Below are positions 1 through 11,600 of a stretch of DNA of 64,000 bases, in pieces. Position 1 is the stretch's first letter; the number at the start of each line of letters is the position of its first letter. Made by a program: the position numbers and the translations under genes. The notes under the pieces are model-generated. The model worked only from the letters and a program-made list of their open reading frames with translations. It had not been told where the DNA came from and ran no database searches. This stretch comes from the human T2T-CHM13v2.0 reference genome, Homo sapiens: the NCBI RefSeq assembly GCF_009914755.1, contig NC_060944.1; one strand, given 5' to 3'.

Positions 1-221
1 AACACTCTTTTTGTAGTGTCTGTAAGTGAACATTTGGATTGCTTTCAGGCCTAAGGTGAAAAAGGAAATATCTTCCCATAAAAACTAGACAGAAGCATTC
101 TCAGAAACTTGTTTGTGATGTGTGCCCTCTACTGACAGAGTTGAACCTTTCTTTGCAAAGAGCAGTTTTGAAACACTCTTTTTGTAGAATCTGCAAGAGG
201 ATATTTGGATAGCTTTGAGGA

Positions 222-238
222 TTTCTTGGGAAACGGGA
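222..238 (+). promoter_or_regulatory. Degenerate CENP-B box of monomer M1 (fixed in every M1 copy)
   Basis: TTTCTTGGGAAACGGGA lacks the TTCG required by the NTTCGNNNNANNCGGGN consensus. Confidence 0.85.
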
Positions 239-563
239 ATGTCTTCAGATAAACTCTAGACAGAAGCATTCTCAGAAACTTCTTTGGGATGTTTCAATTG
301 AAGTCACAGTGTTGAACATTCCCTTTCACAGAGCAGGTTTGAAACACTATTTTTGTAGTGTATATAAGTGAACATTTGGCGTGCTTTCAGGCCTAAAGTG
401 AAAAAGGAAATATCTTCCCATAAAAACTAGACAGAAGCATTCTCAGAAACTTGTTTGTGATGTGTGCCCTCTACTGACAGAGTTGAACCTTTCTTTGCAA
501 AGAGCAGCTTTGAAACACTCTTTTTGTAGAATCTGCAAGAGGATATTTGGATAGCTTTGAGGA

Positions 564-2617
564 TTTCGTTGGAAACGGGTATGTCTTCAGATAAACTCTA
601 GACAGAAGCATTCTCAGAAACTTCTTTGGGATGTTGCATTCAAGTCACAGAGTAGAACATTCCCATTCATAGAGCAGATTTGAAACACTCTTTTTGTAGT
701 ATCTGGAAGTGGACATTTGGAGCGCTTTCAGGCCTATGTTGAAAAAGGAAATATCTTCCCATAAAAACTAGACGGAAGCATTCTCAGAAACTTACTTCTG
801 ATGTGTTTGCTCAACTAACAGAATTGAACCATCGTTTTGAAGGAGCAGTTTTGAAACACTGTTTTCGTGGAATCTGCAAGTGGATATTTGGCTAGCTTTG
901 AGGATTTCGTTGGAAACGGGATTACCTATAAATAGGAGACAGCAGCATTCTCAGAAACTTCTTTGTGATGTCTGCATTCAAGTCACAGAGTTGAGCATTC
1001 CCTTTCATACAGCAGGTTTGAAACACTCTTTTTGTAGTATCTGGATGAGGACATTTGGAGCGCTTTCAGGCGTATGGTGAAAAAGGAAATATCTTCCCGT
1101 AAAAACTAGACAGAAGCATTCTCAGAAATTTATTTGTGATGTGTGCCCTCAACTAACAGAGTTGAACCTTTCTTTTGATAGAGCAGTTTTGAAACACTCT
1201 TTTTGTAAAATCTGCAAGAGGATATTTGGATAGCTTTGAGGATTTCGTTGCAAACGGGAATGGCTTCATATAAACTCTAGACAGAAGCATTCTCAGAAAC
1301 TTCGTTGGGATGTTTCGATTGAAGTCCCAGTGTTGAACATTCCCTTTTATAGAGCAGGTTGGAAACACTCTTTTTGCGTTCCTTGGAAGTGGACATTTGG
1401 AGCGCTTTCAGGACGACGGTGAAAATGGAAATATCTTCCAATAAAATCTAGATAGAAGCAATGTCAGAAACTTTTATGTGATGGATCTACTCAGCTAACA
1501 GAGTTGAAGCTTTCTTTTGAGAGAGCAGTTTTGCAACACTCTTTTTGTGGAATATGCAAGTGGATATTAGGGCAGCTTTGAGGATTTCGTTGGAAACGGG
1601 AATACATGTAAAAAGCAGACAGCAGCATTCTCAGAAACTTCTTTGTGATGTTTGCATTGAAGTCAGAGTTGAACATTCCCTTTGAGAGAGCAGGTTTGAA
1701 ACACGCCTTTTGTCATATCTGGAAGTGTCCATTCGGAGCGCATTCAGGCTTGTGTTGAAAAAGGAAACATCCTCCCATAAAAACTAGACAGAAGCATTCT
1801 CAGAAACTTATTTGTGATGTATGTACTCAACTAACAGAACTAAACCATCGTTTTGAAGGAGCAGTTTTGAAACACTCTTTTTGCGGAATCTGCAACTGGA
1901 TATTTGGCTAGCTTGGAGGATTTCGTTGGAAACGGGATTACATACAAAAAGCAGACAGCAGCATTCTCAGAAACTTCTTTGTGATGTTTGCATTCAAGTC
2001 GCAGAGTTGAACATTCCCTTTCATAGAGCAGGTTTGAAACACTCTTTTTGTAGTATCTGGATGTGGACATTTGGATCGCTTTCAGGCCTATGGTGAAAAA
2101 GGAAATATCTTCCCATGAAAACTAGACAGAAGCATTCTCAGAAACTTATTTGTGATGTGTGCCCTCAACTGACAGTGTTGAACCTTTGTTTTGATAGAGC
2201 AGTTCTGAAACACACTTTTTGTAAAATCTGCAAGAGGATATTTGGATAGCTTTGAGGATTTCGTTGGAAACGGGAATGTCTTCATGTAAACTCTAGACAG
2301 AAGCATTCTCAGAAACTGCTTTGGGATGTTTCAATTGAAGTCCCAGTGTTGAACATTCCCTTTCATAGAGCAGGTTTGAAACACTCTTTTTGTAGTATCG
2401 GGAAGTGGACATTTGGAGCGCTTTCAGGTCTACGGTGAAAAAGGAGATATCTTCCAATAAAAACTAGATAGAAGCAATGTCAGAACTTTTTTCATGATGT
2501 ATCTACTCAGCAAACAGAGTTGAACCTTTCTTTTGAGAGAGCAGTTTTGAAACACTCTTTTTGTGGAATATGCAAGTGGGTATTAGGCCAGCTTGGAGGA
2601 TTTCGTTGGAAACGGGA
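564..2617 (+). promoter_or_regulatory. Seven intact 17-bp CENP-B boxes per canonical HOR (first copy: 564, 905, 1243, 1585, 1921, 2259, 2601), repeated along the array
   Basis: Each matches NTTCGNNNNANNCGGGN. The M7 variant TTTCGTTGCAAACGGGA differs only at a free position. Spacing is 336-342 bp. Confidence 0.93.
2088..2104 (-). promoter_or_regulatory. pJalpha site of A-type monomer M12 (representative; variants occur in the other even-numbered monomers)
   Basis: The + strand reads CTATGGTGAAAAAGGAA, the reverse complement of TTCCTTTTTCACCATAG, at the position equivalent to the CENP-B box. Confidence 0.8.
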
Positions 2618-5600
2618 ATACGTATAAAAAGCAGACAGCAGCATTGTCAGAAACTACTTTGTGATGCTTGCATTCAAGTCACAGAATTGAACACTCCCTT
2701 TCACAGAGCAGGTTTGAAACACTCTTTTTGTAGTGTCTGTAAGTGAACATTTGGATTGCTTTCAGGCCTAAGGTGAAAAAGGAAATATCTTCCCATAAAA
2801 ACTAGACAGAAGCATTCTCAGAAACTTGTTTGTGATGTGTGCCCTCTACTGACAGAGTTGAACCTTTCTTTGCAAAGAGCAGTTTTGAAACACTCTTTTT
2901 GTAGAATCTGCAAGAGGATATTTGGATAGCTTTGAGGATTTCTTGGGAAACGGGAATGTCTTCAGATAAACTCTAGACAGAAGCATTCTCAGAAACTTCT
3001 TTGGGATGTTTCAATTGAAGTCACAGTGTTGAACATTCCCTTTCACAGAGCAGGTTTGAAACACTCTTTTTGTAGTGTCTATAAGTGAACATTTGGCGTG
3101 CTTTCAGGCCTAACGTGAAAAAGGAAATATCTTCCCATAAAAACTAGACAGAAGCATTCTCAGAAACTTGTTTGTGATGTGTGCCCTCTACTGACAGAGT
3201 TGAACCTTTCTTTGCAAAGAGCAGCTTTGAAACACTCTTTTTGTAGAATCTGCAAGAGGATATTTGGATAGCTTTGAGGATTTCGTTGGAAACGGGTATG
3301 TCTTCAGATAAACTCTAGACAGAAGCATTCTCAGAAACTTCTTTGGGATGTTGCATTCAAGTCACAGAGTAGAACATTCCCATTCATAGAGCAGATTTGA
3401 AACACTCTTTTTGTAGTATCTGGAAGTGGACATTTGGAGCGCTTTCAGGCCTATGTTGAAAAAGGAAATATCTTCCCATAAAAACTAGACGGAAGCATTC
3501 TCAGAAACTTACTTCTGATGTGTTTGCTCAACTAACAGAGTTGAACCATCGTTTTGAAGGAGCAGTTTTGAAACACTGTTTTCGTGGAATCTGCAAGTGG
3601 ATATTTGGCTAGCTTTGAGGATTTCGTTGGAAACGGGATTACCTATAAAAAGGAGACAGCAGCATTCTCAGAAACTTCTTTGTGATGTCTGCATTCAAGT
3701 CACAGAGTTGAGCATTCCCTTTCATAGAGCAGGTTTGAAACACTCTTTTTGTAGTATCTGGATGAGGACATTTGGAGCGCTTTCAGGCGTATGGTGAAAA
3801 AGGAAATATCTTCCCGTAAAAACTAGACAGAAGCATTCTCAGAAATTTATTTGTGATGTGTGCCCTCAACTAACAGAGTTGAACCTTTCTTTTGATAGAG
3901 CAGTTTTGAAACACTCTTTTTGTAAAATCTGCAAGAGGATATTTGGATAGCTTTGAGGATTTCGTTGCAAACGGGAATGGCTTCATATAAACTCTAGACA
4001 GAAGCATTCTCAGAAACTTCGTTGGGATGTTTCGATTGAAGTCCCAGTGTTGAACATTCCCTTTTATAGAGCAGGTTGGAAACACTCTTTTTGCGTTCCT
4101 TGGAAGTGGACATTTGGAGCGCTTTCAGGAAGACGGTGAAAATGGAAATATCTTCCAATAAAATCTAGATAGAAGCAATGTCAGAAACTTTTATGTGATG
4201 GATCTACTCAGCTAATAGAGTTGAAGCGTTCTTTTGAGAGAGCAGTGTTGCAACACTCTTTTTGTGGAATATGCAAGTGGATATTAGGGCAGCTTTGAGG
4301 ATTTCGTTGGAAACGGGAATACATGTAAAAAGCAGACAGCAGCATTCTCAGAAACTTCTTTGTGATGTTTGCATTGAAGTCAGAGTTGAACATTCCCTTT
4401 GAGAGAGCAGGTTTGAAACACGCCTTTTGTCATATCTGGAAGTGTCCATTCGGAGCGCATTCAGGCTTGTGTTGAAAAAGGAAATATCCTCCCATAAAAA
4501 CTAGACAGAAGCATTCTCAGAAACTTATTTGTGATGTATGTACTCAACTAACAGAACTAAACCATCGTTTTGAAGGAGCAGTTTTGAAACACTCTTTTTG
4601 CGGAATCTGCAACTGGATATTTGGCTAGCTTGGAGGATTTCGTTGGAAACGGGATTACATACAAAAAGCAGACAGCAGCATTCTCAGAAACTTCTTTGTG
4701 ATGTTTGCATTCAAGTCGCAGAGTTGAACATTCCCTTTCATAGAGCAGGTTTGAAACACTCTTTTTGTAGTATCTGGATGTGGACATTTGGATCGCTTTC
4801 AGGCCTATGGTGAAAAAGGAAATATCTTCCCATGAAAACTAGACAGAAGCATTCTCAGAAACTTATTTGTGATGTGTGCCCTCAACTGACAGTGTTGCAC
4901 CTTTGTTTTGATAGAGCAGTTCTGAAACACACTTTTTGTAAAATCTGCAAGAGGATATTTGGATAGCTTTGAGGATTTCGTTGGAAACGGGAATGTCTTC
5001 ATGTAAACTCTAGACAGAAGCATTCTCAGAAACTGCTTTGGGATGTTTCAATTGAAGTCCCAGTGTTGAACATTCCCTTTCATAGAGCAGGTTTGAAACA
5101 CTCTTTTTGTAGTATCGGGAAGTGGACATTTGGAGCGCTTTCAGGTCTACGGTGAAAAAGGAGATATCTTCCAATAAAAACTAGATAGAAGCAATGTCAG
5201 AACTTTTTTCATGATGTATCTACTCAGCAAACAGAGTTGAACCTTTCTTTTGAGAGAGCAGTTTTGAAACACTCTTTTTGTGGAATATGCAAGTGGGTAT
5301 TAGGCCAGCTTGGAGGATTTCGTTGGAAACGGGAATACGTATAAAAAGCAGACAGCAGCATTGTCAGAAACTACTTTGTGATGCTTGCATTCAAGTCACA
5401 GAATTGAACACTCCCTTTCACAGAGCAGGTTTGAAACACTCTTTTTGTAGTGTCTGTAAGTGAACATTTGGATTGCTTTCAGGCCTAAGGTGAAAAAGGA
5501 AATATCTTCCCATAAAAACTAGACAGAAGCATTCTCAGAAACTTGTTTGTGATGTGTGCCCTCTACTGACAGAGTTGAACCTTTCTTTGCAAAGAGCAGT

Positions 5601-8600
5601 TTTGAAACACTCTTTTTGTAGAATCTGCAAGAGGATATTTGGATAGCTTTGAGGATTTCTTGGGAAACGGGAATGTCTTCAGATAAACTCTAGACAGAAG
5701 CATTCTCAGAAACTTCTTTGGGATGTTTCAATTGAAGTCACAGTGTTGAACATTCCCTTTCACAGAGCAGGTTTGAAACACTCTTTTTGTAGTGTCTATA
5801 AGTGAACATTTGGCGTGCTTTCAGGCCTAACGTGAAAAAGGAAATATCTTCCCATAAAAACTAGACAGAAGCATTCTCAGAAACTTGTTTGTGATGTGTG
5901 CCCTCTACTGACAGAGTTGAACCTTTCTTTGCAAAGAGCAGCTTTGAAACACTCTTTTTGTAGAATCTGCAAGAGGATATTTGGATAGCTTTGAGGATTT
6001 CGTTGGAAACGGGTATGTCTTCAGATAAACTCTAGACAGAAGCATTCTCAGAAACTTCTTTGGGATGTTGCATTCAAGTCACAGAGTAGAACATTCCCAT
6101 TCATAGAGCAGATTTGAAACACTCTTTTTGTAGTATCTGGAAGTGGACATTTGGAGCGCTTTCAGGCCTATGTTGAAAAAGGAAATATCTTCCCATAAAA
6201 ACTAGACGGAAGCATTCTCAGAAACTTACTTCTGATGTGTTTGCTCAACTAACAGAATTGAACCATCGTTTTGAAGGAGCAGTTTTGAAACACTGTTTTC
6301 GTGGAATCTGCAAGTGGATATTTGGCTAGCTTTGAGGATTTCGTTGGAAACGGGATTACCTATAAAAAGGAGACAGCAGCATTCTCAGAAACTTCTTTGT
6401 GATGTCTGCATTCAAGTCACAGAGTTGAGCATTCCCTTTCATAGAGCAGGTTTGAAACACTCTTTTTGTAGTATCTGGATGAGGACATTTGGAGCGCTTT
6501 CAGGCGTATGGTGAAAAAGGAAATATCTTCCCGTAAAAACTAGACAGAAGCATTCTCAGAAATTTATTTGTGATGTGTGCCCTCAACTAACAGAGTTGAA
6601 CCTTTCTTTTGATAGAGCAGTTTTGAAACACTCTTTTTGTAAAATCTGCAAGAGGATATTTGGATAGCTTTGAGGATTTCGTTGCAAACGGGAATGGCTT
6701 CATATAAACTCTAGACAGAAGCATTCTCAGAAACTTCGTTGGGATGTTTCGATTGAAGTCCCAGTGTTGAACATTCCCTTTTATAGAGCAGGTTGGAAAC
6801 ACTCTTTTTGCGTTCCTTGGAAGTGGACATTTGGAGCGCTTTCAGGACGACGGTGAAAATGGAAATATCTTCCAATAAAATCTAGATAGAAGCAATGTCA
6901 GAAACTTTTATGTGATGGATCTACTCAGCTAACAGAGTTGAAGCTTTCCTTCGAGAGAGCAGTGTTGCAACACTCTTTTTGTGGAATATGCAAGTGGATA
7001 TTAGGGCAGCTTTGAGGATTTCGTTGGAAACGGGAATACATGTAAAAAGCAGACAGCAGCATTCTCAGAAACTTCTTTGTGATGTTTGCATTGAAGTCAG
7101 AGTTGAACATTCCCTTTGAGAGAGCAGGTTTGAAACACGCCTTTTGTCATATCTGGAAGTGTCCATTCGGAGCGCATTCAGGCTTGTGTTGAAAAAGGAA
7201 ATATCCTCCCATAAAAACTAGACAGAAGCATTCTCAGAAACTTATTTGTGATGTATGTACTCAACTAACAGAACTAAACCATCGTTTTGAAGGAGCAGTT
7301 TTGAAACACTCTTTTTGCGGAATCTGCAACTGGATATTTGGCTAGCTTGGAGGATTTCGTTGGAAACGGGATTACATACAAAAAGCAGACAGCAGCATTC
7401 TCAGAAACTTCTTTGTGATGTTTGCATTCAAGTCGCAGAGTTGAACATTCCCTTTCATAGAGCAGGTTTGAAACACTCTTTTTGTAGTATCTGGATGTGG
7501 ACATTTGGATCGCTTTCAGGCCTATGGTGAAAAAGGAAATATCTTCCCATGAAAACTAGACAGAAGCATTCTCAGAAACTTATTTGTGATGTGTGCCCTC
7601 AACTGACAGTGTTGAACCTTTGTTTTGATAGAGCAGTTCTGAAACACACTTTTTGTAAAATCTGCAAGAGGATATTTGGATAGCTTTGAGGATTTCGTTG
7701 GAAACGGGAATGTCTTCATGTAAACTCTAGACAGAAGCATTCTCAGAAACTGCTTTGGGATGTTTCAATTGAAGTCCCAGTGTTGAACATTCCCTTTCAT
7801 AGAGTAGGTTTGAAACACTCTTTTTGTAGTATCGGGAAGTGGACATTTGGAGCGCTTTCAGGTCTACGGTGAAAAAGGAGATATCTTCCAATAAAAACTA
7901 GATAGAAGCAATGTCAGAACTTTTTTCATGATGTATCTACTCAGCAAACAGAGTTGAACCTTTCTTTTGAGAGAGCAGTTTTGAAACACTCTTTTTGTGG
8001 AATATGCAAGTGGGTATTAGGCCAGCTTGGAGGATTTCGTTGGAAACGGGAATACGTATAAAAAGCAGACAGCAGCATTGTCAGAAACTACTTTGTGATG
8101 CTTGCATTCAAGTCACAGAATTGAACACTCCCTTTCACAGAGCAGGTTTGAAACACTCTTTTTGTAGTGTCTGTAAGTGAACATTTGGATTGCTTTCAGG
8201 CCTAAGGTGAAAAAGGAAATATCTTCCCATAAAAACTAGACAGAAGCATTCTCAGAAACTTGTTTGTGATGTGTGCCCTCTACTGACAGAGTTGAACCTT
8301 TCTTTGCAAAGAGCAGTTTTGAAACACTCTTTTTGTAGAATCTGCAAGAGGATATTTGGATAGCTTTGAGGATTTCTTGGGAAACGGGAATGTCTTCAGA
8401 TAAACTCTAGACAGAAGCATTCTCAGAAACTTCTTTGGGATGTTTCAATTGAAGTCACAGTGTTGAACATTCCCTTTCACAGAGCAGGTTTGAAACACTC
8501 TTTTTGTAGTGTCTATAAGTGAACATTTGGCGTGCTTTCAGGCCTAACGTGAAAAAGGAAATATCTTCCCATAAAAACTAGACAGAAGCATTCTCAGAAA

Positions 8601-11600
8601 CTTGTTTGTGATGTGTGCCCTCTACTGACAGAGTTGAACCTTTCTTTGCAAAGAGCAGCTTTGAAACACTCTTTTTGTAGAATCTGCAAGAGGATATTTG
8701 GATAGCTTTGAGGATTTCGTTGGAAACGGGTATGTCTTCAGATAAACTCTAGACAGAAGCATTCTCAGAAACTTCTTTGGGATGTTGCATTCAAGTCACA
8801 GAGTAGAACATTCCCATTCATAGAGCAGATTTGAAACACTCTTTTTGTAGTATCTGGAAGTGGACATTTGGAGCGCTTTCAGGCCTATGTTGAAAAAGGA
8901 AATATCTTCCCATAAAAACTAGACGGAAGCATTCTCAGAAACTTACTTCTGATGTGTTTGCTCAACTAACAGAATTGAACCATCGTTTTGAAGGAGCAGT
9001 TTTGAAACACTGTTTTCGTGGAATCTGCAAGTGGATATTTGGCTAGCTTTGAGGATTTCGTTGGAAACGGGATTACCTATAAATAGGAGACAGCAGCATT
9101 CTCAGAAACTTCTTTGTGATGTCTGCATTCAAGTCACAGAGTTGAGCATTCCCTTTCATAGAGCAGGTTTGAAACACTCTTTTTGTAGTATCTGGATGAG
9201 GACATTTGGAGCGCTTTCAGGCGTATGGTGAAAAAGGAAATATCTTCCCGTAAAAACTAGACAGAAGCATTCTCAGAAATTTATTTGTGATGTGTGCCCT
9301 CAACTAACAGAGTTGAACCTTTCTTTTGATAGAGCAGTTTTGAAACACTCTTTTTGTAAAATCTGCAAGAGGATATTTGGATAGCTTTGAGGATTTCGTT
9401 GCAAACGGGAATGGCTTCATATAAACTCTAGACAGAAGCATTCTCAGAAACTTCGTTGGGATGTTTCGATTGAAGTCCCAGTGTTGAACATTCCCTTTTA
9501 TAGAGCAGGTTGGAAACACTCTTTTTGCGTTCCTTGGAAGTGGACATTTGGAGCGCTTTCAGGACGACGGTGAAAATGGAAATATCTTCCAATAAAATCT
9601 AGATAGAAGCAATGTCAGAAACTTTTATGTGATGGATCTACTCAGCTAACAGAGTTGAAGCTTTCTTTTGAGAGAGCAGTTTTGCAACACTCTTTTTGTG
9701 GAATATGCAAGTGGATATTAGGGCAGCTTTGAGGATTTCGTTGGAAACGGGAATACATGTAAAAAGCAGACAGCAGCATTCTCAGAAACTTCTTTGTGAT
9801 GTTTGCATTGAAGTCAGAGTTGAACATTCCCTTTGAGAGAGCAGGTTTGAAACACGCCTTTTGTCATATCTGGAAGTGTCCATTCGGAGCGCATTCAGGC
9901 TTGTGTTGAAAAAGGAAACATCCTCCCATAAAAACTAGACAGAAGCATTCTCAGAAACTTATTTGTGATGTATGTACTCAACTAACAGAACTAAACCATC
10001 GTTTTGAAGGAGCAGTTTTGAAACACTCTTTTTGCGGAATCTGCAACTGGATATTTGGCTAGCTTGGAGGATTTCGTTGGAAACGGGATTACATACAAAA
10101 AGCAGACAGCAGCATTCTCAGAAACTTCTTTGTGATGTTTGCATTCAAGTCGCAGAGTTGAACATTCCCTTTCATAGAGCAGGTTTGAAACACTCTTTTT
10201 GTAGTATCTGGATGTGGACATTTGGATCGCTTTCAGGCCTATGGTGAAAAAGGAAATATCTTCCCATGAAAACTAGACAGAAGCATTCTCAGAAACTTAT
10301 TTGTGATGTGTGCCCTCAACTGACAGTGTTGAACCTTTGTTTTGATAGAGCAGTTCTGAAACACACTTTTTGTAAAATCTGCAAGAGGATATTTGGATAG
10401 CTTTGAGGATTTCGTTGGAAACGGGAATGTCTTCATGTAAACTCTAGACAGAAGCATTCTCAGAAACTGCTTTGGGATGTTTCAATTGAAGTCCCAGTGT
10501 TGAACATTCCCTTTCATAGAGCAGGTTTGAAACACTCTTTTTGTAGTATCGGGAAGTGGACATTTGGAGCGCTTTCAGGTCTACGGTCAAAAAGGAGATA
10601 TCTTCCAATAAAAACTAGATAGAAGCAATGTCAGAACTTTTTTCATGATGTATCTACTCAGCAAACAGAGTTGAACCTTTCTTTTGAGAGAGCAGTTTTG
10701 AAACACTCTTTTTGTGGAATATGCAAGTGGGTATTAGGCCAGCTTGGAGGATTTCGTTGGAAACGGGAATACGTATAAAAAGCAGACAGCAGCATTGTCA
10801 GAAACTACTTTGTGATGCTTGCATTCAAGTCACAGAATTGAACACTCCCTTTCACAGAGCAGGTTTGAAACACTCTTTTTGTAGTGTCTGTAAGTGAACA
10901 TTTGGATTGCTTTCAGGCCTAAGGTGAAAAAGGAAATATCTTCCCATAAAAACTAGACAGAAGCATTCTCAGAAACTTGTTTGTGATGTGTGCCCTCTAC
11001 TGACAGAGTTGAACCTTTCTTTGCAAAGAGCAGTTTTGAAACACTCTTTTTGTAGAATCTGCAAGAGGATATTTGGATAGCTTTGAGGATTTCTTGGGAA
11101 ACGGGAATGTCTTCAGATAAACTCTAGACAGAAGCATTCTCAGAAACTTCTTTGGGATGTTTCAATTGAAGTCACAGTGTTGAACATTCCCTTTCACAGA
11201 GCAGGTTTGAAACACTCTTTTTGTAGTGTCTATAAGTGAACATTTGGCGTGCTTTCAGGCCTAACGTGAAAAAGGAAATATCTTCCCATAAAAACTAGAC
11301 AGAAGCATTCTCAGAAACTTGTTTGTGATGTGTGCCCTCTACTGACAGAGTTGAACCTTTCTTTGCAAAGAGCAGCTTTGAAACACTCTTTTTGTAGAAT
11401 CTGCAAGAGGATATTTGGATAGCTTTGAGGATTTCGTTGGAAACGGGTATGTCTTCAGATAAACTCTAGACAGAAGCATTCTCAGAAACTTCTTTGGGAT
11501 GTTGCATTCAAGTCACAGAGTAGAACATTCCCATTCATAGAGCAGATTTGAAACACTCTTTTTGTAGTATCTGGAAGTGGACATTTGGAGCGCTTTCAGG

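Larger units (their letters stand above)
96..2812 (+). repeat. Reference 16-mer HOR copy (2717 bp). Monomer starts: 96, 267, 438, 609, 779, 946, 1117, 1288, 1459, 1626, 1795, 1962, 2133, 2304, 2475, 2642
   Basis: Starts were read from the sequence. Lengths 171,171,171,170,167,171,171,171,167,169,167,171,171,171,167,171 sum to 2717, and the next M1 begins at 2813. Confidence 0.95.

Noticed and set aside
1300-1320. CTTCGTTGGGA at the start of M8 resembling an extra CENP-B box
   Set aside because: It lacks the required A and CGGG. It is a single substitution of CTTCTTTGGGA.
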